Part shown: piece after piece, positions 8,845 to 16,289 of the stretch
How positions within the stretch are numbered: the stretch's first letter is position 1
How the letters are laid out: every line of letters begins with the position of its first letter
Assembly: GCF_000260965.1 (NCBI RefSeq)
Contig: NC_017856.1
Coordinates: forward strand, 540,001-572,000
Direction: 5' to 3'
Origin: Methylophaga frappieri
GTDB taxonomy: Bacteria > Pseudomonadota > Gammaproteobacteria > Nitrosococcales > Methylophagaceae
Length of the DNA stretch: 32,000 nt
Made by a program: the position numbers and the translations under genes
Notes under the pieces: generated by a model
What the model saw: the letters and a program-made list of their open reading frames with translations, nothing else
What the model was told of the DNA's origin: nothing
Databases searched by the model: none

Positions 8845-9285
8845 TTAAACCTGTGCTTTTAGCTTATCCAGGTCGTATTTTTGACCTAACCAAGACACCA
8901 ATTGAGCTGGACTCTCGTGCTGCTCAAATGACGTTTTAAGCTGGTCTAAACTCAGGATGTCATCCAATGTCAGACCGTACTGGTCTTGTAACTGAGTAGA
9001 CACCTCGTGTTGATATTGCAGCCAGGCCCGCTCAAAAGCGGTTTGCTGCAATGCCATGTTTGGAACAAACACCATGGCCGTTACCCAAACACCTTGCCCG
9101 TCCGCATCTGCGATCAGTACAGGGTTCTTGGGGATCACGACACTATGTGTTGAGTACGACCGTTGTACTAACGTTCGACAACACGCCACTTCTGGTATCG
9201 ATTCACTTTCAACAGCATCAGTCACACCACGAAAATGCGGCTCAAGCTGCTTCAGTTGGCTGGGTTTATGGATGATTGATTGCAT
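8845..9285 (-). CDS. Hypothetical protein (146 aa), SXT s072-position
   Basis: ORF with ATG start and SD AGAGGA. It is co-directional in the operon. No motif was recognised. Confidence 0.55.
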   Translation of the reverse strand: MQSIIHKPSQLKQLEPHFRGVTDAVESESIPEVACCRTLVQRSYSTHSVVIPKNPVLIADADGQGVWVTAMVFVPNMALQQTAFERAWLQYQHEVSTQLQDQYGLTLDDILSLDQLKTSFEQHESPAQLVSWLGQKYDLDKLKAQV

Positions 9286-9346
9286 AAATTCCTCTTACAT
9301 AGTTCAGAGGACATGCGCCCTTAAGGGCAACATGCCCTCAAGGACG
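9286..9346 (-). repeat. Intercistronic two-hairpin element (copy G)
   Basis: mRNA strand: CCTTGAGGGCA-tgt-TGCCCTTAAGG (10 of 11 bp), then CCTCT-gaactatgta-AGAGG-aatttATG. Confidence 0.6.
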
Positions 9347-10300
9347 TTAAAAATAAAATGAGTTTGGTACAGTCGAACCAAGGTTTGGTCTGACGGTTGG
9401 TTGGGGTATTGCACGCAAGTTATCTGCCTGAGCAGATACTGGCTGTGCAGGTTTAGGTTCAGGTTTGGGCATCAGTTGCCTGATATCCAATTGACCTTCC
9501 CCGTGCATTCTCATCTTGTCTGGATCAGACAAAATTAAAATGGTCGCCATCAGTTCGTGATAGAGATTGTCTGTCACAGGGCCGGTCTTCGGCAGACGAA
9601 CAAATAAATTGTTCATCGCTTCAACCATCGGCTGAACTCGATGATCCAGGAAGGACAAACCATCCAACTTGTCTCTTAACCGTTTGAGAGGGTTAAGGGC
9701 TCGCTGACTGATTTGATTCTTACCTGCAACGGAACGCTCAAACAGTTCGTTGGCATCACGAGCTACCTCCCTAAAGAGGGTGTGCCCCATACCATTGACC
9801 TTGTCATCTAAGCCTCCAGCTTGTTCAGCCGGTTGCATTCGATAGATGGCATAATCGAACTGAAGCCGTTGTTCCACGTCTTCGATGGGTGACAGCGCAC
9901 GCCGGATTGCATCTGCAAATTCCGGGTGTTTTGCAACCCAGTCAAAAGTCACCTGATCATAGTTGTCCAAGAACAACTGCTTGCACTGCGCAAACTCCTG
10001 ACCGATTCGGTCAAGCTCTGGAACAATCTGATCAATTCGGTCTTCAGGGACGGCATAGCCACCTAAAAACCGCACACCGACTTGCTCACACAAGCGCTGC
10101 GCTTCTTTCTTAAGCCTTTCAAAGTTCGCCAATGCCTCTGGGTCGCAAATTTTTTTACTCCCTAAGCTGGCAACATCCTTCGGTGGAAGTTGGCTGCCAT
10201 TGGCTAACCTGAAATCTTCAGGCCTTAGTTTTTTTCTACCGCTCCAGATGGAACAGTCGATGTGACAAATCAACAGTTTGTCGAGGGTTTGAATACTCAT
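9347..10300 (-). CDS. Hypothetical protein (317 aa), SXT s071-position (possibly DUF3150-like); ends in ...VPNSFYF
   Basis: Long ORF with ATG start in the conserved operon. The family call is positional and from memory only. Confidence 0.55.
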   Translation of the reverse strand: MSIQTLDKLLICHIDCSIWSGRKKLRPEDFRLANGSQLPPKDVASLGSKKICDPEALANFERLKKEAQRLCEQVGVRFLGGYAVPEDRIDQIVPELDRIGQEFAQCKQLFLDNYDQVTFDWVAKHPEFADAIRRALSPIEDVEQRLQFDYAIYRMQPAEQAGGLDDKVNGMGHTLFREVARDANELFERSVAGKNQISQRALNPLKRLRDKLDGLSFLDHRVQPMVEAMNNLFVRLPKTGPVTDNLYHELMATILILSDPDKMRMHGEGQLDIRQLMPKPEPKPAQPVSAQADNLRAIPQPTVRPNLGSTVPNSFYF

Positions 10301-10368
10301 AGTGCATCCTCATGCGAGATGGGGACGCACCACTCCCAACAGGAGCAATGGCCCCCATTTGGGTGGTA
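10301..10368 (-). repeat. Intercistronic two-hairpin element (copy F)
   Basis: mRNA strand: CTACCACCCAAATGGGGG-ccattg-CTCCTGTTGGG, then GTGCGTCC-ccatctcgcatga-GGATGCAC-tATG. Confidence 0.6.
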
Positions 10369-10398
10369 GTAGTTGACGCGCTAATGGCAACATCACTA

Positions 10399-11166
10399 TC
10401 AGAAATAGTAATTTTGCGAATCAGGCGACGATTGGTTGAGATCGATTTTCGCAGGCATTAAGTCCAGTGCTTCAGCTATCGGGCGAACCCGTTCTAAATC
10501 ACTGCCTAATAACCTCAATACATCTTTTTCCAACTTAAGTTGGTCGGATACTTCTATCCCTTCAGGACTCGCTACTGTGAGCGAACACAGTGGAGGTAAT
10601 TGACGCTTAAAGGCCAGTAACAGCAACAATGGCCACGGGCCATCATCAGTGTTAACAATGCCAGCGCCTTCACCTGACACCATGCTGATTTGATTGGTTC
10701 TAGGTAATCCGCTTTTGCAAAACCCTAATGACCATTCTCCAATCCTGACCTGGTTATCATCAATAACAGCCAAGCCATAGGCTTCAAGCAGCTTTGCCAT
10801 ATCGAACAACGCTTTTTGCGCCAGCGATATTTGGCCATTGACGTCCTTGCGAGTACGAAACTCCCAACTGACGTTATTGGCGCACGCGAGGCTATCAAGC
10901 GCATTTGAGAGTTCAAATGGCCGCCCTTGATGATCAATGCCGACTTGACCAACCAATCGATAACCCTTGTTGATTTTCTCATTGATTCGTCGGTCTGCTT
11001 CAGCGTTAGGATCAGTCGAATCAATCAATCGCTGCTGCGACAATTGACCAGCTTTTCCAAACCGAACTTCAATCTCCTGGGTATCCGATCCAACGTAAAT
11101 GGCCCATTCTTTGGCTGTCCCATCAGAATGACTGTAACGGTAAAGAGCAAAGCACTTTTCCATCAT
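10399..11166 (-). CDS. WGR-like domain protein (255 aa), SXT s070-position; ends in ...SQNYYF
   Basis: The N-terminus KEWAIYVGSDTQEIEVRFGKAGQLSQ....AEADRRINEKINKGYRLVG follows the WGR-domain pattern, with FGK in place of WGR. The likely start is ATG 11166, which overlaps the cobS-like TGA stop (TGATG). The track start at 11169 is TTG. Confidence 0.5.
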   Translation of the reverse strand: MMEKCFALYRYSHSDGTAKEWAIYVGSDTQEIEVRFGKAGQLSQQRLIDSTDPNAEADRRINEKINKGYRLVGQVGIDHQGRPFELSNALDSLACANNVSWEFRTRKDVNGQISLAQKALFDMAKLLEAYGLAVIDDNQVRIGEWSLGFCKSGLPRTNQISMVSGEGAGIVNTDDGPWPLLLLLAFKRQLPPLCSLTVASPEGIEVSDQLKLEKDVLRLLGSDLERVRPIAEALDLMPAKIDLNQSSPDSQNYYF

Positions 11167-12125
11167 CAATCCTCCCAGTGGTCACCGAAGACATCAGCGG
11201 CAATACGGTGAATGGCTTCTCGTTGCTCCAACTCAGCACGAGCCGTCAAAGACCGAGCCAGTGCATATTCCACTGCGTTAGGAGCGCCTTTAAAAGCAAG
11301 TGTTAGCTTTGCCCAGCGCACCAAGGTCCGAGTGGACATGGTGATACTAAGCTCAGCACCGCCATCCGCGCCCCCAATAAAAAGACGACGAATGTCACCA
11401 GCCACTTTCACCATTTTTTGGCGAAAGACTTCTGGTAAGCCCGGCGCAACGTTCTCCAGAATGGCTTCCTCTACAGAAGGCTCTGCATAGGTCGCTTCGA
11501 TGATTCTAAAGCGATCAAGAAAAGCCAAATTCTGTTGAAGCACACCTTGATATAAGCCCGTTTGATCACCGCTGCCCGCACTGTTGCCGGTTGCGATAAA
11601 ACGAAACTTGTTATGTGGCATGATGATCTCACCGCCATTTTGTGCGATGACCAACGGGGCACCTTCCAAAATGTCATTGAGCCCAGCCAGTTCAGCAGGC
11701 TCAGCAAGATCCATTTCATTAATGATCAGCAAATGGCCATGCTTTACAGCCAGTGCCAGCGGTCCAAACACAAAGGTCATGTTGCCATTAACCAGCGTGT
11801 GGTGACCGATAAGATCGGACAACTCCAATCGACCGTGCGCAGTAATTTGCTGAACAGGCCAATTCAATCGAGAAGCAACTTGGCAAATTAGCGAGGTCTT
11901 ACCGCATCCAGTGGGGCCTGTAATATACAAACCGTCACCGTCTGGGTTAGACAAAAACGCCAATACGTCACGTAAATCTTCTTTTCTAAAAACATACTCG
12001 TCCTTGCAAACGGGAATGTTTGGATGAGTAGTGTCGGCACTAAATCCTTCCAGAACGAAAGCATCAGGAGCCGGGACATTAAACGCTTGATTCACTTGAA
12101 CCAAAAATGGGGATTGTTCAGTCAT
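11166..12125 (-). CDS. cobS: CobS/MoxR-like AAA+ ATPase (319 aa from the proposed start)
   Basis: Walker A is GPTGCGKTS and Walker B is HLLIINEMDLAEP. I place the start at ATG 12125 (MTEQSPFLVQ...). The 39 codons upstream in the track ORF consist of the repeated intercistronic stem-loop element. Confidence 0.75.
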   Translation of the reverse strand: MTEQSPFLVQVNQAFNVPAPDAFVLEGFSADTTHPNIPVCKDEYVFRKEDLRDVLAFLSNPDGDGLYITGPTGCGKTSLICQVASRLNWPVQQITAHGRLELSDLIGHHTLVNGNMTFVFGPLALAVKHGHLLIINEMDLAEPAELAGLNDILEGAPLVIAQNGGEIIMPHNKFRFIATGNSAGSGDQTGLYQGVLQQNLAFLDRFRIIEATYAEPSVEEAILENVAPGLPEVFRQKMVKVAGDIRRLFIGGADGGAELSITMSTRTLVRWAKLTLAFKGAPNAVEYALARSLTARAELEQREAIHRIAADVFGDHWED

Positions 12126-12192
12126 GGTAAACCTCATCAGTTTTGACGAGGCCCCATGCCCCAACAGGGAATGAAGTCCCCGTCGGGTGGTG
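12126..12192 (-). repeat. Intercistronic two-hairpin element (copy E), upstream of cobS-like gene
   Basis: mRNA strand: CACCACCCGACGGGGA-cttcat-TCCCTGTTGGGG, then CCTCGTCA-aaac-TGATGAGG-tttaccATG. Confidence 0.7.
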
Positions 12193-12300
12193 TGTTGATT
12201 GTGGTATGGCTGTGTATGTAAGAGTTCAGCTCGCTCTATCATTCGTACCCAGCATTGGCTACGAGTGAAACTGCTTTCTGATGCACTCGATGTAAGTGCA

Positions 12301-12325
12301 TGAGAAAGGAGCCGAAATCGGCTCC
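12301..12325 (-). terminator. Terminator-like or attenuator hairpin inside the operon, just after exo
   Basis: The minus strand reads GGAGCCG-ATTT-CGGCTCC followed by TTTCTCA, which is a weak U-tract. It starts 10 nt after the exo stop. Confidence 0.35.
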
Positions 12326-12334
12326 AAGTGAACG

Positions 12335-13351
12335 TTAAAAGTAAAATGAGCTCGGCGAGTCACCTGGCAGAACCAAGATCTCTTGCTCAAGGCTGATTTT
12401 GATTGGTGTTTCAACGGGCTGCTCTGGCTTATTGGTGCTGATACGCAACCGCTCTTGTGGCGCTTTTCGGTAAGCAGCTAAAACCTGATCGTCCAGCTCG
12501 CCTAATTTATCGGTGGCCAATTGCTTATAGTCCACCGTACCCGCCATCATGTAGCGGCTGAGTTTGACCCCAGCATAATCGGCATGAGCGTAGTTACCCA
12601 TCATAGCGACCAATTTCGACTGAGCGTCTCGCATTTCTTCTTTCAAAGATTTGATGTGATTTTCCAGTCGGACCACTTCGGCATGTGCTGAGCAATACTG
12701 GCGAGACAACGATGTCCAGCGGTATTGAGCTTCACCCTTGGGAACAAAACAATCTTGCTCTGGGCATTTTGACGGTTCTTTTTTGGTCTGTACTAACTCC
12801 CAAAACTGAAGCGCTGTTTCTTGCAATTCAGTTAAGAACAATGCGTCTCGTTGTATTTCAAACTCAATCAGTTGATCCTCAAAATAGAAAACCAACCAAC
12901 CACGCGTGCTATTGGCGACCAGTATTTGATGCTGTACTTGCACCCAATACAACTGGTACGCCTCGCTTTGTTCTCGGTGAGCTTGCACATCCTCAAAAAC
13001 TGACTGGCAAGGACATTTCAGTTCAACGGGTTCGCCCGCATCGTTGATGCCATCAAAGCTGGCTCGAAAGATTGCGTTATGATCGGCTTCTGCACATAAC
13101 GGCAGAAGAAAGTCATTATGCGCATTCTCAAATGCTCGCCTTGCTTGAGGCTCCAACCTTATACCGCGAAGCACATTTGGATTATTCGACAGGTCTTCCG
13201 GTAATACGAATCCGGTTTTTTCTGCCCATAATCGCCAAGGTGTTTTGTAGGGTGAACGCCCCATAATAATTGGGGCTTCAGATGCCGTAACCCCTGCAAT
13301 GCGCCACTGGTGCCATGCAGGAGTACGCTGTGATAGGTCGATAACCTTCAT
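12335..13351 (-). CDS. exo: YqaJ/lambda-Exo-type alkaline exonuclease with ~140-aa C-terminal extension; ends in ...SPSSFYF
   Basis: The N-terminus QRTPAWHQWRIAGVTASEAPIIMGRSPYKTPWRLWAEKTG is the YqaJ signature. The gene follows bet, as in SXT and lambda Red. Confidence 0.8.
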   Translation of the reverse strand: MKVIDLSQRTPAWHQWRIAGVTASEAPIIMGRSPYKTPWRLWAEKTGFVLPEDLSNNPNVLRGIRLEPQARRAFENAHNDFLLPLCAEADHNAIFRASFDGINDAGEPVELKCPCQSVFEDVQAHREQSEAYQLYWVQVQHQILVANSTRGWLVFYFEDQLIEFEIQRDALFLTELQETALQFWELVQTKKEPSKCPEQDCFVPKGEAQYRWTSLSRQYCSAHAEVVRLENHIKSLKEEMRDAQSKLVAMMGNYAHADYAGVKLSRYMMAGTVDYKQLATDKLGELDDQVLAAYRKAPQERLRISTNKPEQPVETPIKISLEQEILVLPGDSPSSFYF

Positions 13352-13407
13352 ATTGCCTCCTTTGAGGGGAGACTCCCCCGAAGGAGAGAACTCCCCTTCA
13401 GGGTTAA
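13352..13407 (-). repeat. Intercistronic two-hairpin element (copy D), upstream of exo
   Basis: mRNA strand: AACCCTGAAGGGGA-gttc-TCTCCTTCGGGGG, then GGGGAGTCTCCCC, then AAAGGAGGcaatATG. Confidence 0.65.
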
Positions 13408-13411
13408 GTGG

Positions 13412-13555
13412 TTACTTTGCAGCTTGTGCTAACGCTGTTTGGTGCTGAACAACACTTACTTGAACCGAATCAATTGCCGCTTTACCGGCTTGAATCGAAC
13501 CTACGACAAGGGCAACAACCAATACCAAGCGAAAAAGTGAGGCTGATTTAGTCAT
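13412..13555 (-). CDS. Small (47 aa) predicted membrane/secreted peptide, absent from the ORF track (below its size cutoff)
   Basis: Hand translation gives MTKSASLFRLVLVVALVVGSIQAGKAAIDSVQVSVVQHQTALAQAAK. GGAG lies 7 nt before the ATG. Its own copy of the intercistronic element sits upstream, as for every other gene of the operon. Confidence 0.5.
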   Translation of the reverse strand: MTKSASLFRLVLVVALVVGSIQAGKAAIDSVQVSVVQHQTALAQAAK

Positions 13556-13620
13556 GGAAGATCTCCAAAAAAAAAGACGAGACCTTCCCCCTGACGGGAG
13601 AATAATCCCGCCAGGGTTCG
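13556..13620 (-). repeat. Intercistronic two-hairpin element (copy C)
   Basis: mRNA strand: AACCCTGGCGGGA-ttattc-TCCCGTCAGGG, then GGAAGGTCTC-gtcttttttttt-GGAGATCTTCC-ATG. Confidence 0.7.
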
Positions 13621-13638
13621 TAAAGTGAATGCGTGGCG

Positions 13639-14457
13639 CTAAGAAGCTAAAGGCTGTGTGAGCGCTTTGGCTGCTTGTTGCTGTGCATTAAATATTTCTT
13701 GTTTCGCAAACGTCAGTTCAACACCTTGAAAATGTTCATTGGCATATTCCAATGCACTATTCCAAGCGTTTGAAGCTTCCGCCCGCTCGATAAGCTTGTA
13801 AACAAGCCCTCGGGTTCGATCATCAACTTGCTCGGGTGGAATCACCGATGGCTCAACAACGTGTGTTGCTTGGCCTTCGATAATTCGCTCCGCTTCGTCT
13901 TGATCGAAAATTCCCACAAAGCCAAACGCAATGCGGGAACACTGGATCATGGATTTATGCCTTAGCATTCGCTTAGTGTGCGTCTGCCATGGACCATCCA
14001 CACGGTAAGGGCCATTTTTGCCGTTACCTTCAAAAGGCGGTCGATAGACTTCATCCAGGTACTCAGTGATTTTGACTGGGTGCGAACGGTCGCGCCGATA
14101 GATAATGCATTCCATCCATTCCGGGCATTCTTTCGCGCCATCCAGTGAGACTTTGGTTTCTGAAGTCTTGAACTCCATGCCATCAAACTGGTCGTGTTGA
14201 TTGATGATGCGAGACCATCCATCGACACCTACCACTGGAATAATTCCAGCTTGTTTATCAGGGAACGCAAAAATCTCTTTGGTGAAAGGGTTCAAGCCGT
14301 ACTGATCTGCAACCACCAAGAGCGCCATCATCTGCTCATTGGTCGGTGCACTACCGTCACGTTGCTTGAATGCTGTTGCTTTTAGGGTATCGAACAACTT
14401 GTTTGGATCGACACTAAAGCGCTCAGCAAAGCGTTGGATTAGCTTTGGTTTTTCCAT
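13639..14457 (-). CDS. bet: Lambda Bet-type single-strand annealing protein
   Basis: LLVVADQYGLNPFTKEIFAFPDKQAGIIPVVGVDGWSRIINQHDQFDGMEF and WQTHTKRMLRHKSMIQCSRIAFGF closely parallel lambda Bet as I remember it. The track start at 14472 is TTG. ATG 14457 (MEKPKLIQ) has GGAG 7 nt upstream. Confidence 0.85.
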   Translation of the reverse strand: MEKPKLIQRFAERFSVDPNKLFDTLKATAFKQRDGSAPTNEQMMALLVVADQYGLNPFTKEIFAFPDKQAGIIPVVGVDGWSRIINQHDQFDGMEFKTSETKVSLDGAKECPEWMECIIYRRDRSHPVKITEYLDEVYRPPFEGNGKNGPYRVDGPWQTHTKRMLRHKSMIQCSRIAFGFVGIFDQDEAERIIEGQATHVVEPSVIPPEQVDDRTRGLVYKLIERAEASNAWNSALEYANEHFQGVELTFAKQEIFNAQQQAAKALTQPLAS

Positions 14458-14520
14458 TGTGGACTCCGACAATCAAAGTGGGAGTCTGACCCTGACGGGA
14501 AAGTACTCCCGGCTGGGTTA
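14458..14520 (-). repeat. Intercistronic two-hairpin element (copy B), upstream of bet
   Basis: mRNA strand: AACCCAGCCGGGA-gtactt-TCCCGTCAGGG, then GACTCC-cactttgattgtc-GGAGTC-cacaATG. Confidence 0.7.
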
Positions 14521-14566
14521 AAGCGTTTTCGCTCGGTTAAAAATCTGGTTCAGGATAAGTTTGTGC

Positions 14567-14956
14567 TCAATTAGTTTGGGAGCCTGCATCATCCGCCGGT
14601 GATGGCTCAGATGCTCTGTTCACACTATCAAGAAGCAGAAACTCGTCCGCGTCCACTTCGGTCAATCGATGCTTAGTGCCATCTTTCTCCCATGATCGCG
14701 TGCGCTGAGGCCCTTGAACAAAAAGCTTCGCTCCTTTTTGGATCAAATCTTTTGCTCTTAGCCCTAACTTAAATCCACCACGATCTCGAAAAACAACCCG
14801 ATGCCATTCCGTATGCTCTTTGAGCTCATTGGATTGACGGTCGCGCCATTTCTCAGAAGTGGCCAGCGAAATGCTGGTCACCAAATCACCTGATGGATAG
14901 GCTCGCGTCTCTGGCTCAGCGCCAACGTAGCCTATGAGTGTTACTTGGTTTTTCAT
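14567..14956 (-). CDS. ssb: Single-stranded DNA-binding protein (129 aa) lacking the canonical acidic ...DDDIPF tip
   Basis: OB-fold signature: VTLIGYVGAEPETRAYPSGDLVTSISLATSEKWRDRQSNELKEHTEWHRVVF. SD GAGGAG precedes the start. The C-terminus is ...SPADDAGSQTN. Confidence 0.85.
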   Translation of the reverse strand: MKNQVTLIGYVGAEPETRAYPSGDLVTSISLATSEKWRDRQSNELKEHTEWHRVVFRDRGGFKLGLRAKDLIQKGAKLFVQGPQRTRSWEKDGTKHRLTEVDADEFLLLDSVNRASEPSPADDAGSQTN

Positions 14957-14971
14957 GATGTTCTCCTCGTC

Positions 14972-15298
14972 TTAGTTGAACTCTGTGCACACAGTCGCTT
15001 CTACCCGGCTGGGCAAAGAAGACTGACGACGCAGATAGGTTGGTATTTCGAGTAAAGCCATGTCGTACTGATGTGGCTCTTTGTAAAACGCAGATGTCAA
15101 ACGGGGCATACCAGGAGCTTTAGGCACTGCCATTGGACGACGTTTTGGTGTTGGTGTGAGCAATCGCTTGATTTGAGTAAGTACAAATCGAAACGGGCGC
15201 ACGCTTTGACGAGCAACCAATCGCAAAAGCGACCAGCTCAGTTTTGCAAGCAACATAATGCCTGCGACTTGGATAATAAATCCGAAGATATATTCCAT
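14972..15298 (-). CDS. Small membrane protein (108 aa), first gene of the operon (SXT s063-position)
   Basis: The N-terminal hydrophobic helix is IFGFIIQVAGIMLLAKLSW. The start is ATG. The SD AAGGAG is embedded in a perfect 11-bp hairpin. Confidence 0.55.
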   Translation of the reverse strand: MEYIFGFIIQVAGIMLLAKLSWSLLRLVARQSVRPFRFVLTQIKRLLTPTPKRRPMAVPKAPGMPRLTSAFYKEPHQYDMALLEIPTYLRRQSSLPSRVEATVCTEFN

Positions 15299-15367
15299 TG
15301 GTGACTCCTTAATTAGGTTGTGAAGGAGTCACCCCCAACTGGGGAAAACTCCCCCAGTTGGGTGGTG
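15299..15367 (-). repeat. Intercistronic/leader two-hairpin element (copy A, best-formed)
   Basis: mRNA strand: CACCACCCAACTGGGG-gagtttt-CCCCAGTTGGG (perfect 11 bp), then GGTGACTCCTT-cacaacctaatt-AAGGAGTCACC (perfect 11 bp), followed directly by AATG. Confidence 0.8.
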
Positions 15368-15665
15368 AAAAGGCGAACCGCAAGGAACGCATGGTTGCGC
15401 ATGTAAAAACATGCAGGCTATTTGTTTAAGGAGGCTAGCTACCTCTTAGTACCACTGAGAAAACTCAGCGGCGGGCTTCCTTTGAGCTCATGCTCTCAGG
15501 CGCAGATATCACTGAAACAGATCAGCAATATTTGATAGTCAGTGTAACCGTCTTATCCGGACAGGATAGTTAGAAAGATGCTCAATTCTTCCACCTAGCT
15601 GAAAGGCCATTACCTCACAGAGGATTAGGCTAGGGACTGATTATTGTCATATCAGGAGCAAACTT

Positions 15666-16268
15666 ATGGCCCAAGCAAAACCCAATTACTCAAAACCCAT
15701 CTTTGAACAATCATTCACAATTAATAGCTTACAGGCGCAACGTGTCGTTGACCGTGTTTTTAGACGGACGGTCAGTGCGCTTTACGGAATCGATGTCATC
15801 CTGCGCATCATTGGCGATGAGAACGAAATTGATGAAGTGGAACAGATCATTAGCCAGTTGATCGAGGATTGCGCTAAGGCGGTAGTCAACGAACAATCTC
15901 GTTTGGACAAATTGATGGAGTCCAACGGCATCGATGAAGTACCTGGCTACACCGACCCGATTACCTTCAACGCTAAAATCAGCTCGCCTCAGGTTGGCCA
16001 GTTTGTCGGCTTAGTGCGCAAACTCGATTCGTTGATGATCTCAATGGACACTCTCTGGTTGTCTAGCGTGCTTAGCAACAAGCAACGTGTTGATGGCAAC
16101 TACGCATGGCAACAGCGCATTATCAAACTTGCACGACGCATTATTGATATCGAAATTCGAGCACGAAAATCAGCCCAAGCTAAGGGTAAAGAAGCTGAAG
16201 TTGAGCAAGCGGTGCCTTCTACCGATGACGATATCACTGAAGAGGAAACAGATAACCCCGCCAACTAG
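15666..16268 (+). CDS. Hypothetical protein (200 aa) with acidic C-terminal tail, divergent from the s063-like operon; possible regulator
   Basis: SD AGGAG lies 7 nt before the ATG. The protein is predicted helical, and its tail is STDDDITEEETDNPAN. It vaguely resembles ICE/plasmid DUF1845/PFL_4669-type proteins, which I cannot verify. Confidence 0.55.
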   Translation: MAQAKPNYSKPIFEQSFTINSLQAQRVVDRVFRRTVSALYGIDVILRIIGDENEIDEVEQIISQLIEDCAKAVVNEQSRLDKLMESNGIDEVPGYTDPITFNAKISSPQVGQFVGLVRKLDSLMISMDTLWLSSVLSNKQRVDGNYAWQQRIIKLARRIIDIEIRARKSAQAKGKEAEVEQAVPSTDDDITEEETDNPAN

Positions 16269-16289
16269 CCAACTAGGCTCCCATCAACC

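Noticed and set aside
5813-11024. Nested ORFs in the primase-like, radC, vWA, 317-aa and WGR-like genes (for example 5813..6061, 6454..6678, 7353..7751, 8281..8763, 9889..10113, 10725..11024)
   Set aside because: They are alternate-frame or antisense shadows of better-supported genes, with no independent signals.
11166-12242. Long form of the cobS-like ORF starting at ATG 12242
   Set aside because: The extra 39 codons are made of the repeated intercistronic stem-loop element found upstream of the other genes. ATG 12125 has the SD-containing hairpin in the same register as the other copies.
6105-15367. Repeated GC-rich palindromic units considered as a CRISPR array or REP/MITE insertions
   Set aside because: The copies are separated by whole genes (0.1-1.7 kb), not by 30-40 bp spacers. 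Their sequences vary while complementarity is maintained, and each is locked in register with a start codon. They are therefore operon-intrinsic RNA structures rather than CRISPR repeats or mobile MITEs.
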